The notes under the pieces: generated by a model
Seen by the model: the letters and a program-made list of their open reading frames with translations, nothing else
Database searches by the model: none
Told to the model about the DNA's origin: nothing
In this document: positions 24,182-32,000 of the stretch, one piece after another
Layout: every line of letters starts with the position of its first letter
Position numbering within the stretch: position 1 is the first letter of the stretch
NCBI GenBank assembly: GCA_023898645.1
Contig: CP060232.1
Span: 600,001 to 632,000 of the forward strand
From: Candidatus Saccharimonadota bacterium
GTDB lineage: Bacteria > Patescibacteriota > Saccharimonadia > Saccharimonadales > Saccharimonadaceae
Direction: 5' to 3'
DNA length: 32,000 nucleotides
Position numbers and translations under genes: made by a program

Positions 24182-25687
24182 ATGTGGGGTTTTGAAGATG
24201 CCCTATTGATGGGTCTAGGTACGTTTGCGGACACATCGCAGGCAATCGCCTCGATGCGTGAGTATGTCATGCCGGTGGTTCAGATATTATCTGGCCTCGC
24301 CGGTCTTGTTTGTACCTTCTTCATTGTTCAAGCTGGCTATTTATATATCACGAGTAGCGGTAAGCCCGACCAGATGGAACACGCCAAAGATGTACTAAAA
24401 AAGGCGCTCCTTGGCCTGATTATTGTGCTTGCCGCCATAACACTCACAACTATCTTAACCAACGCCTACGGCACACCGCAAAGCCCTGGTAATGCCACGC
24501 TACCTAGCCTTGAAGCAGTACAAGAGGAAGAGCAAAGCAGCGGCTTCCTCGATATGGTCGTTAAAGCTATCACTGGCGTCTTAGCACAGATTATCAACGG
24601 AGTGGCGACGCCATTCTTGGATGCGCTCGACTTCTTCACTACCGGTACGCCTGCTATGGCGAGTAATCCGAGTGTCTTTAACTTTTGGCTGGCTATGGTA
24701 GGTATAGCTAACATCCTGTTCATACTTGTGCTCGTGCTAATCGGCTTTCATGTCATGAGCGCATCGGCACTTGGTTTTGATGAGGTCGAGCCAAAACATC
24801 TCGTGCCACGAGTCGCCATGATCTTCGTCCTGATGAATACCTCAATATTCCTTATTGACGGAATAATTGCGTTATCTAATGCGCTTATCAAGGCGGTAGG
24901 TTTAATCTCTGGATCGTCATCTGTCTGGGATACGCTGATGAAAGTAGTTGAGCAGACGTCTGGCCTAGGTATTGCCGCTCTGTTGATCATGGTAGGTTTC
25001 GTCATTTGTTCGATCGTGTTGCTGGTCTATTATGTTATGCGTCTTGTTACACTCTACATCGGAGCAGTACTTGCGCCGCTTGTTAGTCTCCTCTGGTTAA
25101 TTCCCGGATTTCGTGACTTCACAGAAACGGCATTCAAAACCTATCTTACAACTATCTTCGATCTATTTGTTCATGTTGTCATATTGCAGCTATCGGCATC
25201 ACTGTTTACTGGTATGGCGACAGCCTCGGGTGACAACGCCGTGCCAGACACTCTTATGGCGATGGTGACGGGTATTGCGACTATTTTAATGCTCTTGAAA
25301 GCTCAGAGCGTCATGATGCAGTTTAGCTACGTAAGTATGGGCGCACGCAACATGCGTAAGCTAAGCGGGCAGTTTGTAAATGGCGTGAGTTATCTGAGCG
25401 GTAAAACAAGAGCGGCCGCAAGCACCATTAGCTCAAAGACCGATACGGCTAAAAAGAGCCGCATGATCCGTAGTGTTGAGTCACGAGCCGTCAGTACAGG
25501 CAAGACTCAAACGATTCGCTATCAAAACAAGAAAGGCACGGCAGAGATTGCACATACCGCCACACCGACTAAGCCTAGGTCGTCTACGCGAACCGGCACA
25601 ACATATGAAGCTCCGACCGTTAAGGTGACTCGTGTACCAGCATCTTCGACCACACCAAGGAATAACAGTAAGGATAAAACGCTATGA
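24182..25687 (+). CDS. Polytopic T4SS membrane protein (VirB6/TrbL-like) with an N-terminal pilin-like domain
   Basis: N-terminal AGYLYITSSGKPDQMEHAKDVLKKALLGLIIVLAAITL is paralogous to the pilin. It is followed by about 6 TM helices and an S/T/K/R-rich tail. Confidence 0.55.
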   Translation: MWGFEDALLMGLGTFADTSQAIASMREYVMPVVQILSGLAGLVCTFFIVQAGYLYITSSGKPDQMEHAKDVLKKALLGLIIVLAAITLTTILTNAYGTPQSPGNATLPSLEAVQEEEQSSGFLDMVVKAITGVLAQIINGVATPFLDALDFFTTGTPAMASNPSVFNFWLAMVGIANILFILVLVLIGFHVMSASALGFDEVEPKHLVPRVAMIFVLMNTSIFLIDGIIALSNALIKAVGLISGSSSVWDTLMKVVEQTSGLGIAALLIMVGFVICSIVLLVYYVMRLVTLYIGAVLAPLVSLLWLIPGFRDFTETAFKTYLTTIFDLFVHVVILQLSASLFTGMATASGDNAVPDTLMAMVTGIATILMLLKAQSVMMQFSYVSMGARNMRKLSGQFVNGVSYLSGKTRAAASTISSKTDTAKKSRMIRSVESRAVSTGKTQTIRYQNKKGTAEIAHTATPTKPRSSTRTGTTYEAPTVKVTRVPASSTTPRNNSKDKTL

Positions 25688-26196
25688 AAATGACCGTTGT
25701 ACCAGCACAGGTGACGACCGTTGAGGATCGTATCATCGGCAATCTTGGATTCTCGCAAATTCTACTACAGATTGTTCCCGTATTTACTGCTGCCGGCATC
25801 TTCACACTCCTTCCTCCGTTCATGGGCGGTGCACTATATAAGTACGTACTGATGGGTGTGGTTGCACTATTATTCGGCCTGCTATCAATCCGTATCAAGG
25901 GCAAGATTCTGGCCTCATGGCTCGTAACTATACTTCGCTACAATTTGCGACCAAAATATTACCTGTTTAACAAGAATGTCACGACTAGCCGAGAGGAATA
26001 CTACAGTAAAATCCCAACGCCTGAGATTAAAGAATCGACAGAAAAGAAACCGGTTAAAAAGTCTATTCTCCAACAACTTGATATACCTACCACCGCTAGA
26101 ATATTAGCTACAATTGAAAACCCAGCCACTAACTTTCGGCTAGAAACTGGTAAGAAAGGAAATCTACATGTTCGCTTTACAGAAATCGAAGACTAA
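25684..26196 (+). CDS. PrgI-family (VirB3-like) T4SS membrane protein
   Basis: VPAQVTTVEDRIIGNLGFSQILLQIVP followed by two TM helices. It sits immediately upstream of VirB4, with an ATGA overlap onto the previous gene. Confidence 0.55.
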   Translation: MKMTVVPAQVTTVEDRIIGNLGFSQILLQIVPVFTAAGIFTLLPPFMGGALYKYVLMGVVALLFGLLSIRIKGKILASWLVTILRYNLRPKYYLFNKNVTTSREEYYSKIPTPEIKESTEKKPVKKSILQQLDIPTTARILATIENPATNFRLETGKKGNLHVRFTEIED

Positions 26197-26797
26197 GGCT
26201 AGCTCCAGAGGGCAAATTGCCATCAAAGGAGTTCGTGACGGCATATTGATGCTACCAAACAACGAATATCGAGCAATCCTACAGGTGTCATCGCTGAATT
26301 TTGAACTACGCAGCGAAGAAGAGCAGGACGCAATTATTGAAACGTATGAAAGCTTTCTTAACTCCGTCGGCTCTAGTCTACAAATACTGGTACGCACTCG
26401 TGAGATCGATATGGATAAGTACCTTGATGATCTTAACGAGCGTTATGAGAATGAAACCGTACCGATCTATCAACAGCAGCTACAAAACTACGACGAGTTT
26501 ATCCGCTCACTCATTACCGACAACAAGATTCTGACTCGTCATTTCTATATCATCGTGCCATATAAATTAAATGGCAAAACAGATTTCGACCTAGTGAGTG
26601 AACAGATGAAGATAAAACTCGACATCGTTGCCAAGGGTATAGCTCGACTTGGCATGCACACAGATCAGCTACATAGCCTTGAGGTGCTTGATCTATTCTA
26701 CAGCTTCTATAGCCCGACACAGGCAAAGCTACAACCACTTACCGAGCAGGCGTTATCTATTATCCATATAGCACTCGTGCAGAGGGGAGAAGTGTAA
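26168..26797 (+). CDS. VirB4/TrbE/PrgJ-like ATPase, N-terminal part (separate ORF)
   Basis: IAIKGVRDGILMLPNNEYRAILQVSSLNFELRSEEEQDAIIETYESFLNSVGSSLQILVRT and RHFYIIVPY match the N-terminal region of Gram-positive VirB4 proteins as I remember it. Confidence 0.6.
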   Translation: MFALQKSKTKASSRGQIAIKGVRDGILMLPNNEYRAILQVSSLNFELRSEEEQDAIIETYESFLNSVGSSLQILVRTREIDMDKYLDDLNERYENETVPIYQQQLQNYDEFIRSLITDNKILTRHFYIIVPYKLNGKTDFDLVSEQMKIKLDIVAKGIARLGMHTDQLHSLEVLDLFYSFYSPTQAKLQPLTEQALSIIHIALVQRGEV

Positions 26798-28566
26798 TGA
26801 GTAAGATAGCTACTATTATGAGAACCAAGATTCTTGAGCCAGTCACTGCACCCGTCAAAAAAAGAAAAGCGGCAAGATTGGAGCGTCAAAAAGAATTAAA
26901 TATCACATTTGGTGAGCAAGATACTGTCGATATCTTGTCATACGCAGGACTTGAGGAAAATATCGACTATCTCAATATAGACGGCGTATATATGCGCACA
27001 CTCTATATATCTGGGTATCCGTTCGTTGCCAATTCCGGCTGGATGGATAGTCTGATTAACTTTAATCACGACACAGATATTAGTTACCACGTCCACGAAG
27101 TAAGCGCCTTGTCTGCGCTGCCAAAACTACACCGCAAGATTACCGAGCTTGAGAGTACAAAACGTGCCATGATGCGAGCTGGTAAGATTGTCGGTTCTGA
27201 AATTACCGACCCGCTTGAGTCTGCCATGGAGCTGCGAGACAAAATTCAGCGCGGTCAAGAAAAACTATTCCAGATGTCAATTTACATCTGTATCAGAGCC
27301 GAAAGCTTAGAGGAACTAAACAAGATCACCAAGCTGCTCGAAGCTACTCTGTCGGCAAGACTGTTTTATTCAAAAGTTGCCCGATATCAACAGCTTGAAG
27401 CACTACAGTCTATCTTGCCGCGAGCCGAAGATCAGCTAGCGCAAAAGAGAAACCTTGATAGCTCCAGCGCTGCATTAACATTTCCGTTTATGTCGTCTGA
27501 GCTAGTACAGGAGAGTGGTATTCTCTATGGTGTTAATAAGTCGAATAATTCACTGGTGATTCTTGACCGTTTTAGCCTGCATAATGCCAACTCAATTACC
27601 TTTGCTCAATCTGGTGCTGGCAAGAGCTATACGACAAAAGTTGAGATACTGCGCCAACTCATGCAGGGTACGCGTGTTATCGTGATCGATCCTGAACGAG
27701 AGTATAAGCGACTGACTGAATCGGTAGGCGGTACGTATATTAAGCTATCGGCTAAGAGCAAGCAAAAGATAAACCCATTCGACCTTGCGACCACTTTCTC
27801 AAAGGCATCCGACCTGTCGGAACACACGCAGGATCTCATGGAAGTGATCGGGCTGATGGCCGAAGGCCTGACCTCACGCGAAAAAGCTGCTGTCGATAAG
27901 ACTATTCTAAAGATATATAAGCAAGCTAAAAAGAATCAACCACTCCTTGAAGATTTGTATACCGAGCTACATAAACTAGGACAACTAAAGCTGTGTGAAA
28001 AGCTCGAAAAGTACATCTCAGGATCACTAGCCGATGTCTTTAATTCGCAAACTAACATCGAGCTAGATAATAGACTGGTTATCTTTGATATAAAAGATCT
28101 ACCGGAGAGCCTACGTCAAATTATGATGCTTATTATCTCTAATTTCGTGAAGAATCAGGTGATGGCAAAACCAGAGAAGAGACTACTAATCATTGACGAA
28201 GGCTGGCTACTACTCGAACATGAAGAGTCAGCACGTTTCGTGGCCGGCCTTGTTCGTCGAGCGCGTAAATACTATCTTGGCGTATCAATTATCTCCCAGC
28301 AAGCTAACGACTTCTTAAAGAGTGATTATGGTCGGGCTATAGCGTCTCAGTCGGCACTGCGAATATTGATGCGACAAGACACCACGACCATCAAGGGTGT
28401 GGTCGGTGAGTTTAATCTGAGTGAATACGAACAGAGCTTCCTACTGACCTGTGAACGTGGCGACGCACTGATTATCGCCGACCAAAATCACGTCGCCGTA
28501 AAAGTCGTAGCTTCGGATAAAGAGCATCCGCTGATCACGACTAACCCTGCGGAGCTGTACGTGTGA
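26797..28566 (+). CDS. VirB4/TrbE/PrgJ-like ATPase, ATPase part
   Basis: DGVYMRTLYISGYP...GWMDSLI, Walker A FAQSGAGKSYT, Walker B LLIIDEGWLLL. The start overlaps the upstream stop (TAATG at 26795-26799). Confidence 0.85.
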   Translation: MSKIATIMRTKILEPVTAPVKKRKAARLERQKELNITFGEQDTVDILSYAGLEENIDYLNIDGVYMRTLYISGYPFVANSGWMDSLINFNHDTDISYHVHEVSALSALPKLHRKITELESTKRAMMRAGKIVGSEITDPLESAMELRDKIQRGQEKLFQMSIYICIRAESLEELNKITKLLEATLSARLFYSKVARYQQLEALQSILPRAEDQLAQKRNLDSSSAALTFPFMSSELVQESGILYGVNKSNNSLVILDRFSLHNANSITFAQSGAGKSYTTKVEILRQLMQGTRVIVIDPEREYKRLTESVGGTYIKLSAKSKQKINPFDLATTFSKASDLSEHTQDLMEVIGLMAEGLTSREKAAVDKTILKIYKQAKKNQPLLEDLYTELHKLGQLKLCEKLEKYISGSLADVFNSQTNIELDNRLVIFDIKDLPESLRQIMMLIISNFVKNQVMAKPEKRLLIIDEGWLLLEHEESARFVAGLVRRARKYYLGVSIISQQANDFLKSDYGRAIASQSALRILMRQDTTTIKGVVGEFNLSEYEQSFLLTCERGDALIIADQNHVAVKVVASDKEHPLITTNPAELYV

Positions 28567-29162
28567 ACAATGCAGTGAGTGTTTTTGCGATTGGTTTCAA
28601 GGCCAAACGCTTACTGTTGCTAATCATAGTAACGATGTTTACTGTCATGTCACTTCCTGTGATGGCAGTCTTCTCACTCGGTACGCCAACACTGAGCTGG
28701 CTAGCCAATGCACCTGATGCTGAGGCAGCCGAAACGATGGGCTTCTACATGGGGCCACCGATGCCAGATAACACCTACGCATGGGGCAACTGTACATGGT
28801 GGTCGTACGCAATGCGTAAGTGGGCTGGTAGTCCAATACCGACAACTTGGGGTAATGCAAATACGTGGGACGATTATGCAAAACGTGATGGCTACGTGGT
28901 TAATAATACACCTGCAGTAGGAGCAGTATTTCAAACCGATGCCGGTGAGTATGGACACGTCGCTTATGTCATTGGTGTTAACGATACCAACGGAGAATGG
29001 AAAATATCAGAAATGAATGCACCAACGATCAATGTTGTGTCAACACGTACCTTTAGCAAGGAAGCAGCCGAAAGCTATAACTTCATTCACAGTAAAATAG
29101 GAGATAACGTATGGGTTCCGAATCCTCTCTCGCCGATACCGCCCTACAGTATTGGCCAGTAG
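28563..29162 (+). CDS. CHAP-domain peptidoglycan hydrolase (T4SS cell-wall lytic factor)
   Basis: N-terminal TM helix, catalytic-Cys context GNCTWWSYAMRKW and His context GHVAYVIGV. GTGA overlap with VirB4. Confidence 0.8.
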   Translation: MNNAVSVFAIGFKAKRLLLLIIVTMFTVMSLPVMAVFSLGTPTLSWLANAPDAEAAETMGFYMGPPMPDNTYAWGNCTWWSYAMRKWAGSPIPTTWGNANTWDDYAKRDGYVVNNTPAVGAVFQTDAGEYGHVAYVIGVNDTNGEWKISEMNAPTINVVSTRTFSKEAAESYNFIHSKIGDNVWVPNPLSPIPPYSIGQ

Positions 29163-31732
29163 CCGCTATCACGCTAGCATCTATTGTATGCGCTGTACTT
29201 ATATTCCTTGCGGTGCGAACTGTATTAAATCGTCGCCACCTACATGTACGCGAGATGACGTGGCTAGAAATAACACCGCCATCGACAATTGCGAAAACCC
29301 CAGAGGCTACTGAGCAGCTCTTTTCGGTCATACATGGCGCACGCGCTGCACGACAGCTAAAAGATAGGCTATATAATCGCTCGCCAGTGATGAGTTTTGA
29401 GATTGTTTCAACACGGAGAGACGGTATCCGCTACTTGCTACAAGTCGAGAAGACACGCTCAAAGAATACGCAGAAAGTTATTACATCATATATACCTGAT
29501 TCAAAAGTTAAAGAAATTGAACGCGAGATTAGTGAAGTAGATAGAATTATTGAGTTCAAAGAGACCGGCCACTACGTATTGCCGCTCACGCTAACTTCTG
29601 TATTTGAGCAACATGACCCTTTATCCTATGTAACGGGCGCGATGACAAAGCTAGGCGACGATGAAGAGATTTCACTGCAAATTGTAGCAACACCTGTACG
29701 CTTACGCGAAGCCGATATACTCTCTCATAAAATCCTTGGTAATGAGAATATCTTGCAACAAGTAAGCGGTAAGCAACTAACACTACTTGGACGTTTCACG
29801 AATATCTTTAGCAAAGCATCATCTGGCATTACAGATCTTGCCGGAGAGGTGTATATGGGTACAACTTTTGGCCACAAGGACTATTACAATTCCAAATCAC
29901 GCGCCGTCCAACAGCAAGCACGTATCACTACTCATGATAGGCCAGCACGAACTTTGAGCACATTTGAACTTGAATTGATGGAGACAATGCATCAAAAAGT
30001 CACACGACCGCTATTTCAAGTAAACCTGCGCGTACTTGTCAAAAGCCCCGATGCAAAACAACATATCATTGCACTCCGATCAGCACTTGACGGCTATAGT
30101 GTTCTGCCATATCAGTCTATCAAGGCGAGGCTATCCCTACCGATTATTGATAAACTACGCCAGCGTAACGCGACAAATCGACTGCCATCACTCTTCCGCA
30201 AGTCAGCAATGATCCTGGCTTCAACGGAGCTTGCAAGTCTTTACCACTTCCCATCGAGCCAAGTAAGTAAAACTGATAACCTCATTACGTCACTTAGTCG
30301 TACGCTACCAGCACCCGTATCACTCAAATCTGGCAAAAAGTTATCAATTCTAATCGGTGATAACTACCATCATGAGACAATCACACCTATCGGTCTTACC
30401 GAGGAAGAACGAGAACGGCACATGTATATCATTGGTGGTACGGGCAACGGTAAAACAACAATGCTGTTTTATGAGATATTGCAGGATATACGTGCAGGCA
30501 ATGGCGTAGCAGTATTAGATCCCCACGGTGATCTTGCCGAGCGTATCTTGCGGTACATACCAGAGGAGCGTATCAATGACGTTATTTACCTCAACCCTGA
30601 TGACCTAGCATATCCAATCGGTATGAATTTGCTTGAACTATCGCCCGATCTTGAAGGAGATGATCTTCTGCGAGAAAAAGACCTTATTACTGAGGCTACT
30701 ATTTCAGTATTGCGTAAGATATTTTCCGAGGACGACAGTGGTGGCCATCGTATCGAGTACGTACTTCGTAACACCATACAAACGGCTCTAACGCTTGAAG
30801 ATCCGACTCTATTTACCATCTTTGAGTTGCTCAATGATGCTAAATATCGTCGCAAGGTAGTAAAAACACTCGAAGATAAAAACCTGAAAGACTTTTGGAA
30901 CAACGAGCTTGGCAAAGCTGGTGATATGCAGAAAGTTAAAATGGCCGCAGGTATTACCGCTAAAATTGGACGCTTCCTGTTCTCCGCATCTGCTCGCCGT
31001 ATGATTGAGCAACCAAAATCTACAATCAACTTTGAGGATATCCTAGCAGGTCGCAAGATACTGGTATGCAACTTCTCTAAGGGTCTTCTTGGAGAAGATA
31101 CCTCGGCACTATTTGGTACGACTGTTCTTGCGAAGCTACAAACTGCGTCCTTACGCCGCGCACGCATCGGACAAGGCGAACGCACTCCATACTATCTGTA
31201 TGTTGACGAGTTTCAGAACTTCGCTACAACGAGCTTCGTACAGATGCTATCGGAGGCGCGAAAGTATAAATTATTCCTCACTATGGCCGAACAATCTACC
31301 TCACAGCAAGATGAGCAACGCCTCGTAGATATAATTCTTGCTAACGTCGGTACAGTGGTATGTTTCCGCTCAGGTAGTCCGTCGGACGAGCGACTTGTCT
31401 TGCCGCTATTCATGCCGTTCATTCAGCAAGGCGAGATAGCCAACTTACCAGCTTATTCATACTATGTGCGCATCTCAGCCGTGAATGCTCAAGAACCGAT
31501 GTCAGGTGTAACAGTGGTCGTTAAAGAAACTGGAGATGAATCTATAGCTCGAAAAGTGATCGAGACATCACGTCAACTTTACGCAAAGAAAGTTGAACTA
31601 GAAGAAAAAGAACCTAATGAACCAAAACAAAAAGATACGGCTAAAATATCTCAAAAATCTACAAAACCGAAGAAGAAGCGAGCGAGCAAAAAGCCAGATG
31701 ACGAGCTATCCACGATGAAGTCGGTGACTTAG
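29111..31732 (+). CDS. Type IV coupling protein (VirD4/TraG/TcpA-like ATPase)
   Basis: N-terminal TM helix, Walker A IIGGTGNGKTT (about aa 440), Walker B YYLYVDEFQNF, and a Lys-rich C-terminal tail. SD AGGAG 7 nt before the ATG. About 400 aa of unassigned sequence separate the TM helix from the ATPase. Confidence 0.8.
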   Translation: MGSESSLADTALQYWPVAAITLASIVCAVLIFLAVRTVLNRRHLHVREMTWLEITPPSTIAKTPEATEQLFSVIHGARAARQLKDRLYNRSPVMSFEIVSTRRDGIRYLLQVEKTRSKNTQKVITSYIPDSKVKEIEREISEVDRIIEFKETGHYVLPLTLTSVFEQHDPLSYVTGAMTKLGDDEEISLQIVATPVRLREADILSHKILGNENILQQVSGKQLTLLGRFTNIFSKASSGITDLAGEVYMGTTFGHKDYYNSKSRAVQQQARITTHDRPARTLSTFELELMETMHQKVTRPLFQVNLRVLVKSPDAKQHIIALRSALDGYSVLPYQSIKARLSLPIIDKLRQRNATNRLPSLFRKSAMILASTELASLYHFPSSQVSKTDNLITSLSRTLPAPVSLKSGKKLSILIGDNYHHETITPIGLTEEERERHMYIIGGTGNGKTTMLFYEILQDIRAGNGVAVLDPHGDLAERILRYIPEERINDVIYLNPDDLAYPIGMNLLELSPDLEGDDLLREKDLITEATISVLRKIFSEDDSGGHRIEYVLRNTIQTALTLEDPTLFTIFELLNDAKYRRKVVKTLEDKNLKDFWNNELGKAGDMQKVKMAAGITAKIGRFLFSASARRMIEQPKSTINFEDILAGRKILVCNFSKGLLGEDTSALFGTTVLAKLQTASLRRARIGQGERTPYYLYVDEFQNFATTSFVQMLSEARKYKLFLTMAEQSTSQQDEQRLVDIILANVGTVVCFRSGSPSDERLVLPLFMPFIQQGEIANLPAYSYYVRISAVNAQEPMSGVTVVVKETGDESIARKVIETSRQLYAKKVELEEKEPNEPKQKDTAKISQKSTKPKKKRASKKPDDELSTMKSVT

Positions 31733-31756
31733 ATATTACCAAATCAGATCAAGCTA

Positions 31757-31785
31757 TTGCTTATTTTATTATTTCGTGCTATAAT
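31757..31785 (+). promoter_or_regulatory. Strong sigma70-type promoter
   Basis: TTGCTT (31757-31762), 17-nt spacer, TGcTATAAT (hexamer 31780-31785). Confidence 0.5.
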
Positions 31786-31933
31786 AGTCATCGAACCTTA
31801 ACAGTTTAGCACTCCCTACTGAGAGCGGCGTTTTATATACAAATCTTGCATGTAATACGCCGTTCTCAATCGACAGTTGAGATCACCGCTGCAAGTCGCA
31901 TCGGAGAAGTCTACGGCAAGGAAGAGGGTCATC

Positions 31934-32000
31934 ATGACCACCATCGAGCAGTTGGCCGGTATCACCGCTCAGCACAACGAGATCGTCAAGCGTGTCGGCA
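31934..32000 (+). CDS. 5' end of a CDS truncated by the right window edge
   Basis: ATG at 31934 preceded by AAGGAAGAGGG. Open to the window end (MTTIEQLAGITAQHNEIVKRVG...). GC-rich third codon positions, unlike the T4SS genes. Confidence 0.35.
   Translation, partial: MTTIEQLAGITAQHNEIVKRVG

Larger units (their letters stand above)
459..32000. mobile_element. Integrative conjugative element (ICE-like). The left junction is next to tRNA-Trp; the right end was not reached in this window.
   Basis: A serine integrase abuts a tRNA gene. The element also carries a replication-relaxation gene, a T4SS with VirB4 and a coupling protein, defence cargo, and a mosaic GC pattern (hand counts of about 53 percent in BREX, 35 percent in the seventh operon gene, 43 percent in the T4SS). 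The exact left boundary (about 459-545) is not determined. Confidence 0.6.

Noticed and set aside
1-32000. CRISPR arrays, rRNA genes, transposases or IS elements, and a second copy of the tRNA-Trp 3' end (attR-type direct repeat).
   Set aside because: No regularly spaced repeats, rRNA-like sequence or transposase-like ORFs were found. The string GGTTCGATTCC occurs only in the tRNA itself, so the other element end is presumably outside the window.

Overview
Nearly the whole window looks like an integrated conjugative element (ICE-like) lying next to a tRNA-Trp(CCA) gene. From left to right it contains the following. (1) The tail of a flanking CDS and tRNA-Trp with its terminator. (2) An integration module on the minus strand: a large serine recombinase whose ORF runs antisense into the tRNA, a small ORF and a ribbon-helix-helix (RHH) protein. 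(3) An AT-rich divergent control region and a wHTH gene of the replication-relaxation family. (4) A structured non-coding stretch of about 410 bp, which I propose as an oriT candidate. (5) A block of small, mostly minus-strand genes: an acidic protein, DUF3768, a 93-aa protein and a Cys-rich protein, plus a plus-strand TM-HNH-WYL gene. Two paralogous long-hairpin modules carrying promoter-like boxes punctuate this block, and I read it as a conjugative leading region with Frpo-like single-stranded-DNA promoters. (6) A defence island: a HEPN-CBS gene divergent from a complete type 1 BREX operon (brxA-brxB-brxC-pglX-pglZ-brxL), extended by a seventh, lower-GC gene for a PrrC/RloC-like ABC ATPase and closed by a clear terminator. 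(7) An HxlR regulator and a small membrane protein. (8) A minimal Gram-positive/CPR-style type IV secretion system (T4SS): VirB2-like pilin, pilin-domain::VirB6-like protein, PrgI/VirB3-like protein, VirB4 split into two coupled ORFs, CHAP hydrolase and a VirD4-like coupling protein. No rRNA, CRISPR array or transposase was seen. All family assignments come from reading motifs in the supplied translations, with no database search, and GC statements are hand counts on 60-nt samples.
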